A DNA stretch of 64,000 nt from Candidatus Omnitrophota bacterium (lineage in GTDB: Bacteria; Omnitrophota; Gorgyraeia; Gygaellales; Profunditerraquicolaceae). Below, one piece after another: positions 39,189 through 49,268 of this stretch (positions are counted from its first letter, which is position 1; each line of letters starts with the position of its first letter). The notes below the pieces were generated by a model, which was given only the letters and a program-made list of their open reading frames with translations, was not told the origin of the DNA and ran no database searches. Position numbers and translations under genes: made by a program. Where the stretch lies: contig JAKLGJ010000003.1 in assembly GCA_022710715.1 (NCBI GenBank), forward strand, positions 25,083-89,082, read 5' to 3'.

Positions 39189-39235
39189 TTGAATATCCTC
39201 ATCGATTGGGCTTCAGTATACCGTATTATACAACC

Positions 39236-39463
39236 CTATACAAGCGGTTTCTTCTCAAGGTCATAGCAATTTAGGAACATCCGCGACAACAGCTCTATTC
39301 CCTCATCAAACGATTTATGCGCCTCTTGGATTTCAGCACAAGACAGTCCCCGGATCTTTAGCTTTATCTCTAAAGCCTCCCAGCCCCGCGAGGTAACTGC
39401 CTGATCTTTATTCGTGCTTACAACCTTGCTCATCTTCCACTTCCCAATAGGACATTCGGACAT
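39236..39463 (-). CDS. hypothetical small protein
   Basis: 75-aa ORF downstream of regulatory repeat A. Confidence 0.3.
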   Translation of the reverse strand: MSECPIGKWKMSKVVSTNKDQAVTSRGWEALEIKLKIRGLSCAEIQEAHKSFDEGIELLSRMFLNCYDLEKKPLV

Positions 39464-39479
39464 TTTTCGTGTCGTATGA

Positions 39480-39745
39480 TGTCCGGTTTCACTGACATAC
39501 TGACATGACTCGTGTCAGTGAATGTCAGTCAAAACACCCCTCAAAACCCTCGAAATACCCGAAAATTGACGCTTTTTCCGCAAAAAACACCTATTTTGAA
39601 CCCCGTAGACCCTATTTTGACGTTCTCCCAATAGCCACATATGACATGACATCGATTTTTGAAATTTTGTATCACTGACAGAACGCGCCTCGCCCGACCC
39701 TCGGCCGACACCCCCTTCCAAGGACCCGTAGACCAGCATCGAGCT
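39480..39745. repeat. regulatory repeat A (TGACA/TGTCAG palindromes); diverged direct copy of region B at 58.7-58.97 kb
   Basis: Contains ACTGACATACTGACATGACTCGTGTCAGTGAATGTCAGT. The segment gacatgacatcgattttt...cgcctcgcccgaccctc...ccccttccaaggaccc is about 75-80% identical to 58868-58965. Confidence 0.6.
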
Positions 39746-39874
39746 ACCAGTGACAGCAATGACATTTTTTTCCGCACTTAAACTTTTACTTACCACACTC
39801 AATCACCCTGCTCCTTACTCCTAATCTACGAACACAATTAATAAAAAATCCTGTCATAATCGTCATAGCTGTCA

Positions 39875-42004
39875 TTAGAAAGGCCGCTCCGAATAATCAA
39901 CCTCACCCTCCCTGCGGACGCGTATGCCGTCCCACCGGCGAGACGCGCCGCAACGCCCCTTATTGATAGCGGGATATTGACGCAAGAGCTCCCGGCCAAA
40001 CATGATCTTGCTAAGCGGCCGGTACTCGCTCTCCAGACACCATTCCCGGTAAGCCACATACAAAGCATCACTGCCTATATCCGCCTGAGCGTCCAAGACA
40101 CACTGCTCCTCCACAAAGATGATCACGTTATTGTTCTCCTTGCGATAGGCGTCCTTCACGGTCTGCATCGAGGCGCTCTCCTCGAAATACCCGCGCTTCC
40201 TTAAACGCGTAAGGCCGTTAAGCGACCACAAGAAAATGCCGTCCAGCTCACTGGCCACGATCTTATGCTTTAACTTTGGATCGCGTTCCTCTATTGAAAA
40301 CTGCCGGTTAAACGGAAGGATTAAAAGCCGCCGGTAATACCCCTCGGTCTTATCCCCCACGCGCGGCATGTTATTGGTTGAGAAAAGAAGCTTGCAGTAA
40401 GGTTTGAATTGAAACGGCTGGCCGTATTTTTCGTCAGCGGAGATCGTATCGCCGGTCACGATCGCCTTAAACATGTTGTCATAGACATTTGTCTTGGCAT
40501 TGGTTTCAAGACTGATATTGACCAGTTTGTCCCGAAGCCGGGCTATGTAATGGGAATCGTTAAACTTCTCAAGCGGGATGGATGAGCAATTGTCCTTACC
40601 GATAAGCTCCTCGAGCACATACAAAACAACGCTTTTCCCATTGGCCCCCTCGCCAAACAAAAAGAGCGCCTTTTCATAATCATTGTCCCGGGTGAGGCAA
40701 TAGCCGAAATACTCCTGCAAAAGCATGATCCGGGCCGCGTCGCTTTCGAATATCTGATCAAGACTCTTCTGCCACAACAAACACTCGGCGTTTCCGCGAT
40801 ATGTCACATTAAGCTGGTTGATGGAATAGACATCCGCCGAATGCGGCAAGAGCTTCATCTTGTCGATGTCATAAAGCCCGTTTTTGACATTAAAGAGCGT
40901 GATGCCGTTAATGATGTCCGGCTTGATGAAAGTCTCGGTCTTAAGCGCGACAAGAACATTGCGAAGCTTGCTCGCTGAAAACCCGGCCCCGCAAGCATCC
41001 TTGATCCACTTCTGCACCTCCTCAACAAAAAGCGGCCGGTAACACCCGCCTTTGTATTCATAATAGGTGTCAGCGAAATTGATCAACCGATGATGCTTGA
41101 GAATTTCGTCAGCGACCTCATTGGCGTTAACCTTTCTGGCTATAAGCAGGCTTGGCCGCGACGACGCATAAACCTCCCCGCAATCATTCACCGCCTTTTC
41201 GATAACCGATTGGCCATAGGTCCGGCCGTCACCAAAATGCTTCTCATCCCACTTCGGCCGCATGAGGCCTGACTGCCGGAATAACGCGTCCATCTGCCCG
41301 GCGTCTTTGCCTGTCCAGAAGGCTAGCTTATTGCAGAGCGCCAGATCGGCTTCACTTTGAGAGGGATAATCGTTCTGCCATTGGCCGGAATAAAGCCGCT
41401 GAAACCTCTCCGCGTCTTTACTCTTGGCGATTAAGGAAAAGATGTCGTTAGCGGGGGCTTTATCTACAAACCGGCTGAATATGTCTTTAAGCGCATCAGT
41501 GCACTCGTTAAGTTCAGCCGAATAATTTTCAAGGCGTTTACCGGTAACGGTAAAGAATCGGCCCTTGGTATAAATCTCCAAGCCGATCTTTGAAATCTTG
41601 CAGGCCCGGGCGATCTTGCCCTTACAAAGAATATGAATACCTGTGCCGCTTGGCGAATACTCCGAATATGAATCAAGCGCCTTAAGAATCTCAACTGCAT
41701 ACGGCGCGATGGCTCCGTCTTTGACGCAGTGGTCAATATCCACGCCCACATACGGCGGCTGGAATACAAAGCCGACTCCCGCATAGCCGCGCTGAAGCGC
41801 AAGATCGCTTGCGGTCGTAAAGTCCGTCCATGTGCTTGGATCGTTTGTTTTGGCAGGACGTCCGGTAAGGACGTTCATCGGAACCTTGTCGGTGCGGTCT
41901 TTATTGTGCCTGAGCTGATAACCGACCCAACAAGACAGTTTAAGCAATTCCTGAGGAATAACCTCTTCGATCTTTCTCTTCTCTTTTCTTCTCTCGTCTT
42001 CCAT
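39875..42004 (-). CDS. bifunctional prim-pol / P4-type primase-helicase (D5-like NTPase)
   Basis: GVGFVFQPPYVGVDIDHC...SPSGTGIHIL is a prim-pol domain. The C-terminal half has Walker A FGEGANGKSVVL, typical of phage/plasmid primase P4-like proteins. Confidence 0.75.
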   Translation of the reverse strand: MEDERRKEKRKIEEVIPQELLKLSCWVGYQLRHNKDRTDKVPMNVLTGRPAKTNDPSTWTDFTTASDLALQRGYAGVGFVFQPPYVGVDIDHCVKDGAIAPYAVEILKALDSYSEYSPSGTGIHILCKGKIARACKISKIGLEIYTKGRFFTVTGKRLENYSAELNECTDALKDIFSRFVDKAPANDIFSLIAKSKDAERFQRLYSGQWQNDYPSQSEADLALCNKLAFWTGKDAGQMDALFRQSGLMRPKWDEKHFGDGRTYGQSVIEKAVNDCGEVYASSRPSLLIARKVNANEVADEILKHHRLINFADTYYEYKGGCYRPLFVEEVQKWIKDACGAGFSASKLRNVLVALKTETFIKPDIINGITLFNVKNGLYDIDKMKLLPHSADVYSINQLNVTYRGNAECLLWQKSLDQIFESDAARIMLLQEYFGYCLTRDNDYEKALFLFGEGANGKSVVLYVLEELIGKDNCSSIPLEKFNDSHYIARLRDKLVNISLETNAKTNVYDNMFKAIVTGDTISADEKYGQPFQFKPYCKLLFSTNNMPRVGDKTEGYYRRLLILPFNRQFSIEERDPKLKHKIVASELDGIFLWSLNGLTRLRKRGYFEESASMQTVKDAYRKENNNVIIFVEEQCVLDAQADIGSDALYVAYREWCLESEYRPLSKIMFGRELLRQYPAINKGRCGASRRWDGIRVRREGEVDYSERPF

Positions 42005-42006
42005 CG

Positions 42007-42237
42007 TTACACTCCGTTTTGAAATAGATAATCTTTAACCCTTCGGTAACAATCAAACAGCTTGCGCGCCTCTGAATCGGCATAAAAGTCCTCGCAGGCC
42101 TTATGAACAGCCGGGATGTCGTCAAACAAGACACGCTTAAGCCTCCCCGAGCCTTCAATACCCCGCATGGCAAACCCGCAATACAGTAAATACGTAGCCA
42201 AATAGAGATTCCCTGCTTCAAAATGCTTGTTTTTCAT
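42007..42237 (-). CDS. hypothetical small protein upstream of primase
   Basis: 76-aa ORF 3 bp from the primase start. Confidence 0.35.
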   Translation of the reverse strand: MKNKHFEAGNLYLATYLLYCGFAMRGIEGSGRLKRVLFDDIPAVHKACEDFYADSEARKLFDCYRRVKDYLFQNGV

Positions 42238-42249
42238 GTTTTCAATGCC

Positions 42250-42840
42250 TCCTACTAGCTACATACGCAAAGATTTGGAAAACTGACGGAAATATTTTCA
42301 TTTTTTTCGACCCTCTACTAGCTACATACGACGTTTTTTGTAAAACTGCCGGAAATTTCTTCACTTTCTTCACTACTTTCGCTCCCCTAAGCGTATATTC
42401 CGGATTTTTCCGGAAAGTGTCGGGAATATTTGTCCCCTCATAGGTGATTACGCAAAATTTCCAAAAGTGTCGATGCTTTTGGCAAACTTTTTTCACCTTC
42501 CATAGGTAAAGACGACATTTTTTCCAAAGTGTCGGGGCCCTCTACCGTAGGTATTACGTTTTTAGGTCCAAAATTTAGCATGATCCTTCAACTTTCCTTC
42601 CCAAGGCGTATATACAACCTTTTTTGTCAAAGTGTCCCACCCCTCACCGTAGTTATATGCTTTGGAAGGCAAGATTTCGCATCCCCCACATATGAACACG
42701 CAAAAAATCGAAAAGTGTAATACCCCCAAGCCCTCCCATAGGTGATTACAGAAAAAATGCGAAAGTGTAGGGGCCCTCACCTATGTACACGCAATTTTTT
42801 TCAAAGTGTCGAACTACCCTTCTACTAACCCATACAGGAA
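42250..42840. repeat. iteron-like direct repeat array (candidate replication origin)
   Basis: Two 63-bp-spaced copies of ctactagctacatacg...gaaaactg.cggaaat. Then seven degenerate units with an AAAGTGT(C/A) core followed by (C)ATAGGT / CGTAGGT at 40-100 bp spacing, at 42414, 42464, 42526, 42628, 42713, 42763 and 42803. Confidence 0.55.
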
Positions 42841-43125
42841 CTTTCCCGAAACTGGCGTAACTATTTGCGCCTAAAAAAGAAAAAGCCACTTCCGGCCAAT
42901 TGACTGGAAATGGCTTTTCCCGCACAGGCGAAACAGTGATCAGCTGTCTCGTAAGTCTATTTTAATTTTATAACAGCGCGAATCGTTCTCAAGATGGTCG
43001 TTACCAAGATATGGAATAAATCGCGCTTACGATTCCATCATATAACAACGCCAATCTTTCTCAAGGGGGTCGTTACTACAAAATAGCAAAAATTCAGAGA
43101 GGGTTAAAAGCGGGGATTTTGAAAC

Positions 43126-43506
43126 TTAATCTTCATGCTCAAGCGGCTTTTCCGGGATCATATCGTAAACCATGGTCTGGATCTCATATTCAAACCATTC
43201 CTGAAACACCTTCCACGACCTGTCCTTTGGCCACATCTCAGGATCCGTATACCAGCCGCCAAGCTCGTGCTCAAATATTTCTACGCAATGCTTCTTCAGA
43301 AACTTTTCGAACTTCTCATTCTCCTCATAGGCCGGGATCAAATACACATGCTTTGAATCAAAACCGTCGGTCTCAACATCCTCCGGCTTCATCTCATGTT
43401 CCGGCCCGTCATACTCCTTGCTGGTGTAGACCAACCAGTCAATGAAAGGCTTTTTCAGCTTCACGATCAAAGCGGCGCGGTTGATGTCGGGAAAATATTG
43501 TTCCAT
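43126..43506 (-). CDS. hypothetical small acidic protein (last gene of the 13-gene array)
   Basis: 126-aa ORF that directly abuts the stop of the TPR gene. Confidence 0.4.
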   Translation of the reverse strand: MEQYFPDINRAALIVKLKKPFIDWLVYTSKEYDGPEHEMKPEDVETDGFDSKHVYLIPAYEENEKFEKFLKKHCVEIFEHELGGWYTDPEMWPKDRSWKVFQEWFEYEIQTMVYDMIPEKPLEHED

Positions 43507-46362
43507 TTAGCTGATCGGGTAATTTAGTTTTATCCACTGATCAATTTTCTTGTTAACACTATGCATAAGGTGCTCGGCTAAACCAAGTTTCTTAGCAAGG
43601 ACTTGGCCAAACAGCTTGATAATTTTTTGAGGTGATCCACGTTTCGCCAATAATCCTATAATTAGATACAAATATCTATCCTTGATTTCATCGGGCAATG
43701 TCTCAATAAGTATCATCTTCATAAAATCTGTTAACACTGCAAATAACGACTCAACGGATGTTTCCTTGGAATCAAGAACGACGACAGCCATGTCAAATGC
43801 ATTGCCTGACTGTATCTGGAAATTATCTTTTTCTGCATAATAAAAAAGCATTTTTGCGGATATAGAAAGATAAAAATAACCAATCTTCATCAATTCGAGT
43901 ATTTTGTCGCAGTAGTCGTTTTCGGCCAGGGCTCCTTTTTGCAGAGCAACTGCAAGAAAATTCTGAATGCCAAAAGATTCGATTTTATGCTCGTTGCGAA
44001 TTAATTCTCTGAAGAAGACGTCATCACAAAACAATGGTATTTGTTTTTCGACGCACGATTGGATCGAATATATATAGGGCAATCCCAGTATTTTTTCTTT
44101 ACCTTTAAAACTATCATCCAATGGATGCTCTAATCCTATTGTTTTGAAATCCTGCGAATTTCGTATTTTTTCAAGAAAATCAATTTTCATTTTAATATTT
44201 TCAGCAGAGATTTCTTGTCGAAAGGCTTTTCCTTCTCGCGAGAAAATCGTTGTTAGCCCCTCGTCCTTGCTTTTGCTTAACTCCATAATCTCCATATCCA
44301 GCTCATCAAGCGTGGCTTTAAGAACATACACTTCGGAAAACATCTTCAATGGCAAATACAACAAATCCAAAAAGCCTAACGTAAACAATGCGATCGGCTC
44401 AATGATGGCCTTATTAGAATTAAGAACGATCTCCTGCTCTTTTCTTTGCTCAAGAGCACTTCCGTTAGCACAATAAAGCTTAGATCCTTGACCAATAAGT
44501 GCGCCCCAACAGACGAATAGGCTCCTTCCAGAAAAAGCAGAAAGCGCGCCAATGGTAATATTTTTTGATAAATACATTTCCATTATTTTCGTTGATCTGT
44601 CCGATGCTTTACTCAACATATCCTTCAGTCTTTCCGGACTAGCTTCAACTTTCCAAATTGCCTTATTATCAGGGAAAGAAATGTTAAAGTTATCTAAAAT
44701 ATTCTGGAAGGCTTTCACGTATTTACTTTTAATCTCAACTATCTTGATAACGTCATCTGCACCGTATTCATTTTTAACTATTATTTCGTCCATAACCCTT
44801 TTCCCGTAAAGTGCCTTGCCCAAACCGGAATCCTTATATAGCTCGAATTTGGCAATCGACGATTTAGGATTTGCAGTAATCAAGTATTCTTGATCGTGTC
44901 CATTCTTTTTAATCTTCACAAAGAAATTTTCGCGAACAGTTTCGGAATCTAACATTTCGCTCTTTTTATCTTTTCGGCTTGTAAACGTGTAAATATAAAA
45001 CAGTTGGATCTCCGGATTATTGAAATCGATTTCCAACGCTTTAAATAATTGCTTTATAGCTTCGTCATGGTTTTGGATTTTTAAGAATGCTCTCGCCAAA
45101 ATGAGGAAAGAATCCTTGTCTTCAACTTCATCTTTAACCTCAGATAGCAGTTTTATTCCCGCATCCTTTTCCTTTCCTATATCAATCATGACTTTGGCAT
45201 AATTAAGTTTATGACGAATATTCTTTGGCTCACGCTTCGACAGTTCGAGGTATAAAGACATAGCGTCATCTAGTTGATCCATTTCCTCATAAATGGCCGC
45301 TTCCAACTCGAACGTAAAAGGAACAAACTTTCCTGATTTTCTAAGATTTTGGCAAATAGTTAAACATTTCTCGAGGTTCTTGCTTCTATGCTCTTTTGAT
45401 TTGTAAAGACAAATTAAATAATCCCGCAATACATCATCAAACAATGACTCCGAAATAAATGTTTCATATAACGGTATCGCCTTATCATATGCCCCAATAC
45501 TTTTAAAATGCCTCGCTAATTCGATTTCTGCTATGTTTTTTTCTAACCCAACAGAGTTTTGTCTTGCTTCAAGAGACAACTCTTCAAACGCTTTGACATT
45601 TCCTTGGCTTCTTTTCAGTTCTGCCTCTGCCAGCAGAATTCTTGGATTTCTCCCAAACTTTAAATAGAGATTGTCGACTATTTTTTGTGCTTCATCATAA
45701 GCCGCTTTCTTGCTTAAACATTCAATCATGAGTATCCCGGGGATAAGATCCTTTTCAGCCTCACCGTCATAATGCTTTCTTATTGCCTCAATGGCCTCAT
45801 CTACCTTGGAATCAGGACGCTCTAAATAACACGAAACTAAAATCGGAAAGATCTCATCTTTGTTGATACCTTTTTCTATCGCACAAATAAAATCTTTAAT
45901 CGCATCATCTGGTGATTTCCGCAAGGTATTAAGCCGCGCACGATTTGCATAGGCCGCCGCACTATCCGGATTAAGCACGATCGCCGCATTGATATCCTCA
46001 AAAGCTTTTGTAAAATCATCTAATATTATCCTGACGCTGGAGCGATTTATATACGCGTCTTCCAAGACGCCCTTCTTTTCTGAATCTTTTAATAAATCAA
46101 TCCCTTTACTTAATAGCCGTTCCGCCTCTTTCAGCTCTTCTATATGTTCTAGCAAAAGCCCAAATCGCCAAACCCTTTCCTTCATGATTGACTCAAGCAG
46201 ATATGAGCCAAACGAGAAATAGTTTTCGGCAATACCCGGATCAGCATCAATGGCACTTTGAAAATATTGCTTAGCATTTTTCCTATCGCCTTTATCGGCA
46301 TAGGCTATTGCAATATTCAACAATGCTCCGCTATCTTTTTGGAATCTTTTATCTATATTCAT
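43507..46362 (-). CDS. large TPR-repeat protein (951 aa), no NTPase motif seen
   Basis: Many TPR-like helix pairs (AIAYADKGDRKNAKQYFQSAIDADP etc.). Its start overlaps the upstream stop by 4 bp. Confidence 0.55.
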   Translation of the reverse strand: MNIDKRFQKDSGALLNIAIAYADKGDRKNAKQYFQSAIDADPGIAENYFSFGSYLLESIMKERVWRFGLLLEHIEELKEAERLLSKGIDLLKDSEKKGVLEDAYINRSSVRIILDDFTKAFEDINAAIVLNPDSAAAYANRARLNTLRKSPDDAIKDFICAIEKGINKDEIFPILVSCYLERPDSKVDEAIEAIRKHYDGEAEKDLIPGILMIECLSKKAAYDEAQKIVDNLYLKFGRNPRILLAEAELKRSQGNVKAFEELSLEARQNSVGLEKNIAEIELARHFKSIGAYDKAIPLYETFISESLFDDVLRDYLICLYKSKEHRSKNLEKCLTICQNLRKSGKFVPFTFELEAAIYEEMDQLDDAMSLYLELSKREPKNIRHKLNYAKVMIDIGKEKDAGIKLLSEVKDEVEDKDSFLILARAFLKIQNHDEAIKQLFKALEIDFNNPEIQLFYIYTFTSRKDKKSEMLDSETVRENFFVKIKKNGHDQEYLITANPKSSIAKFELYKDSGLGKALYGKRVMDEIIVKNEYGADDVIKIVEIKSKYVKAFQNILDNFNISFPDNKAIWKVEASPERLKDMLSKASDRSTKIMEMYLSKNITIGALSAFSGRSLFVCWGALIGQGSKLYCANGSALEQRKEQEIVLNSNKAIIEPIALFTLGFLDLLYLPLKMFSEVYVLKATLDELDMEIMELSKSKDEGLTTIFSREGKAFRQEISAENIKMKIDFLEKIRNSQDFKTIGLEHPLDDSFKGKEKILGLPYIYSIQSCVEKQIPLFCDDVFFRELIRNEHKIESFGIQNFLAVALQKGALAENDYCDKILELMKIGYFYLSISAKMLFYYAEKDNFQIQSGNAFDMAVVVLDSKETSVESLFAVLTDFMKMILIETLPDEIKDRYLYLIIGLLAKRGSPQKIIKLFGQVLAKKLGLAEHLMHSVNKKIDQWIKLNYPIS

Positions 46363-47336
46363 CTTCCACCCTTCTCGGCATAAAGCTCAATAGCCTCATC
46401 AAGGCGTCCACCGGCTCGCAACAACATGGCTTTAAGATTGATACAGTCATTATTATCCGGTTCCAATGAAATTGCGGCGTCGATAAACGGCAACCCTTCC
46501 AACGGCTTATCATCAAATAGACTTGCAAGCGCTCTATTCTTGCAAGCAATCACGGATTTTTTTCCCAAAATATCAAATGCCAACTTAAAATTAATAGCGG
46601 CAGATTTTCTATCCCCCAACGCCGCTTGACATGCTCCCAAGTTGTTATGAACCTTAAACCTTGCCATAATAGGAACTTGCCCATCAGATTCAAACGCTTT
46701 TAACAGCCCTTCATATATGACCTTTGCCGTACCAAATTTTTCCTTGTCTAATAGGATTTTGGCCTCATCTATGTTTTTCTTATATTTTGAACTGGCTAGT
46801 TCCGCATCGCTATCTATCGCCAAAACTGCCGGTGGTTCTAAAGACGCGCTTTTCTTTGCTTGAGATGCAACGGCGCCTAGAACATTATCCTGTTTGAGTA
46901 TCGACAATATTTCGTTTACACCATTAAGGGTTGCTTCTGAAGTTTGAGCGCTCGAAATAGGAACATTTTCAGATTCAGGTAGCGTTGCGCCAAAGTGCTC
47001 AAGAAATTTTGAAACAATTTTATTAACTGTGGCTTCTGTTTCATTCCCAAAGTCAGCGCCACAATTAATCAGGCTTTGGCGCAGTTCTGCGGTAACAATT
47101 TTAGGATTAGTTCGGTAATTAGTCTTAAGCAATCTAACAAGTTGGCTGTTCTCGCCGAAAGACGATCTCAACAAGTAATCTATCGATTCAATTTGCAAAT
47201 CAATCCCTGTCTTGCTGATTGAAATACTTATGCTCATCAGCAAGGGATCCTTCTTAAAAAGCCACTTTAACGACTTATCTAGCCCATGCTTAATCGCATG
47301 CCCAATAATCAATTGCTGCAACCACAAAAAATTCAT
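46359..47336 (-). CDS. hypothetical protein with C-terminal TPR repeats
   Basis: 325-aa ORF. The C-terminus AKVIYEGLLKAFESDG...AISLEPDNNDCINLKAMLL is TPR-like. Confidence 0.45.
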   Translation of the reverse strand: MNFLWLQQLIIGHAIKHGLDKSLKWLFKKDPLLMSISISISKTGIDLQIESIDYLLRSSFGENSQLVRLLKTNYRTNPKIVTAELRQSLINCGADFGNETEATVNKIVSKFLEHFGATLPESENVPISSAQTSEATLNGVNEILSILKQDNVLGAVASQAKKSASLEPPAVLAIDSDAELASSKYKKNIDEAKILLDKEKFGTAKVIYEGLLKAFESDGQVPIMARFKVHNNLGACQAALGDRKSAAINFKLAFDILGKKSVIACKNRALASLFDDKPLEGLPFIDAAISLEPDNNDCINLKAMLLRAGGRLDEAIELYAEKGGR

Positions 47337-47363
47337 CAGAGTCCTCTTTTATAAAATCCGCGA

Positions 47364-48152
47364 TTATTTTAGTGGCGTGGTACATGTGCCATCGCTATCG
47401 GTACGAAATACCTTAGTGCTATTTGTCCTATATCGCTGAAGGGCTGTGTTACTAGGAAGATTATCAAAAACACCTGACTGAGTTGAAATAATCGTATCTC
47501 TGGGCGATACGGCTTTTATAAAATCCAAATTTGCACCGTTCTCAGAACCATGATGACTTGCACGTAAAACATGGCAATTAGATAGCTTCCAATCGGCCAT
47601 AATGAGTTCGAGCTCAGAATCAGATGCATCTCCGCAGACTAAAAAATTATTGGCAGGACTAGAAACCCAGACGACAAGACTTGCATCATGGCACTCTCGT
47701 GTTTCATTATTATTTACATTCTTTCGTGGCCCCAAGACAAGGAATTCACAGTCGGAAAACTTTTTTCTTACATCTTTCGTGCAAGTAAACCTTTTTTGAT
47801 TATCCGGTACCAGTGCATCCTTCAGCTTGAGGTATTCATTCCAATCATCTAACGACAAGGAATTATCCCCGTGCCTGCGTTGATATGGGGATCCCCAGAA
47901 TTCAGCGACAGTGAAATTACCTACCAAATCCTCCATCCCCAAATAGTGATCGTGATGTGGGTGCGTGATAATCAGCAAATCTATATAAGTTTTCCCGATA
48001 GTCTGTTTTAAATAATTGGCAATGTTTGTTGGTTTTGATGCTCCGTTACTGAAACGTCTATACCCGCAATCTATAACAACAAGATCATTGTCCATCTCAA
48101 AAATTGCGCAATCCGCACACCCGACATTTAAAAAATGAGCTTTAAACGACAC
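47364..48152 (-). CDS. ComEC-type MBL-fold metallo-hydrolase (stand-alone, putative nuclease)
   Basis: ITHPHHDHYLG (HxHxDH) and the ASHHGSENG motif typical of the ComEC/Rec2 beta-lactamase-like domain. Confidence 0.6.
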   Translation of the reverse strand: MSFKAHFLNVGCADCAIFEMDNDLVVIDCGYRRFSNGASKPTNIANYLKQTIGKTYIDLLIITHPHHDHYLGMEDLVGNFTVAEFWGSPYQRRHGDNSLSLDDWNEYLKLKDALVPDNQKRFTCTKDVRKKFSDCEFLVLGPRKNVNNNETRECHDASLVVWVSSPANNFLVCGDASDSELELIMADWKLSNCHVLRASHHGSENGANLDFIKAVSPRDTIISTQSGVFDNLPSNTALQRYRTNSTKVFRTDSDGTCTTPLK

Positions 48153-48155
48153 TTC

Positions 48156-49259
48156 CTATACTCCTATCTTCTTTAATAGGTTTTCAGCATTTGAGTCCAT
48201 GTATACTTTGGGCGTTCCACCAGTGCCCTCAAAAGAAATCAAAATATGATGACCATTTCGCGTGCTTACAGAAAAGCAATCTTCGGTCTCCCCGTCAATA
48301 TCAACGCTTAACCCAGAGGCCCCTTCTGATGATTGGTATCTGCTGTCAATCGATCCATCTTTATCGTCTCCGTGCCGCTTATCAGAAATCACAACCAATG
48401 CAGGTTTATTGTTTTTCATAGAAAGAAACAAGTCTTCAGAAAATCCCGATTCTAATCCGTGATGTGGTGCGATGAGAATTGACAGGCCGTAATCTTTTAG
48501 CAACTTCTTTAATGATGGCTGGTCACCAGAAACAGAGTGCCATTCTGGATGTTCAGAACTTTTTTGCCTGTCGAATATCGTGTAACGCTTTTCAAGCCCT
48601 TTCCCTTCATTTAATAAATGTTTTAGGCAATCAGGTGTTATGTCACCGGGAATCAGCATCGTATGGATTCCATGTCGATAAAAAAGCACTAAGCTCGTCC
48701 CATTTCCATAATCTTGATCATTTTTAGGATGAAGTTCATTTACAACTGGCGGCCTCACATAGAAAAGACCGTACTCGAGATTTGGAACAGACCGCGAAGA
48801 CTCATAACAAATTGTTTGTAGTGGCAATGTCCTAGAAGAATAAAGCTCTTTGTATAGCTTTATATTTTCCTCACTCCCCTCAGGGTTCTTTATTCGCTCC
48901 CAATCAAGCGCCTCGGGTTTTGCGGAACCATCCGTCTTATCATGTGGACAAGTATGGAGAGAAGAATAAAAAAGCGAGTTCTTGCCATCTTTTGATGCAA
49001 GCGAGACTATTTCCGAAATATGATCTGCATGCGGATGCGAAAGAATTGTTTGGGCAACCTTGCATTTTTTGTAATCATCGAGATGCGGGATTACGTGCTT
49101 AGACAGAAATTCGGTGGGGCTGAATTCTTGGCTACACCCAAAATCATATAAGATTCCTTGGTTCAAACCTGTCCGGATAAAAATACTTAATCCACGACCA
49201 ACATTGAATACCCAAATAAAACTTTTGATCGTTTGGGCCCATTGAGGGACTTTTGCCAT
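48156..49259 (-). CDS. ComEC-type MBL-fold metallo-hydrolase paralog
   Basis: SHPHADHISE and LIAPHHGLESG motifs. 367 aa. Confidence 0.6.
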   Translation of the reverse strand: MAKVPQWAQTIKSFIWVFNVGRGLSIFIRTGLNQGILYDFGCSQEFSPTEFLSKHVIPHLDDYKKCKVAQTILSHPHADHISEIVSLASKDGKNSLFYSSLHTCPHDKTDGSAKPEALDWERIKNPEGSEENIKLYKELYSSRTLPLQTICYESSRSVPNLEYGLFYVRPPVVNELHPKNDQDYGNGTSLVLFYRHGIHTMLIPGDITPDCLKHLLNEGKGLEKRYTIFDRQKSSEHPEWHSVSGDQPSLKKLLKDYGLSILIAPHHGLESGFSEDLFLSMKNNKPALVVISDKRHGDDKDGSIDSRYQSSEGASGLSVDIDGETEDCFSVSTRNGHHILISFEGTGGTPKVYMDSNAENLLKKIGV

Positions 49260-49268
49260 ATGCTCACC

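Noticed and set aside
42250-42840. CRISPR array
   Set aside because: The repeats have a degenerate 8-bp core with variable 40-100 bp spacing and no conserved full-length repeat. No cas genes are present. This fits an iteron/ori reading better.
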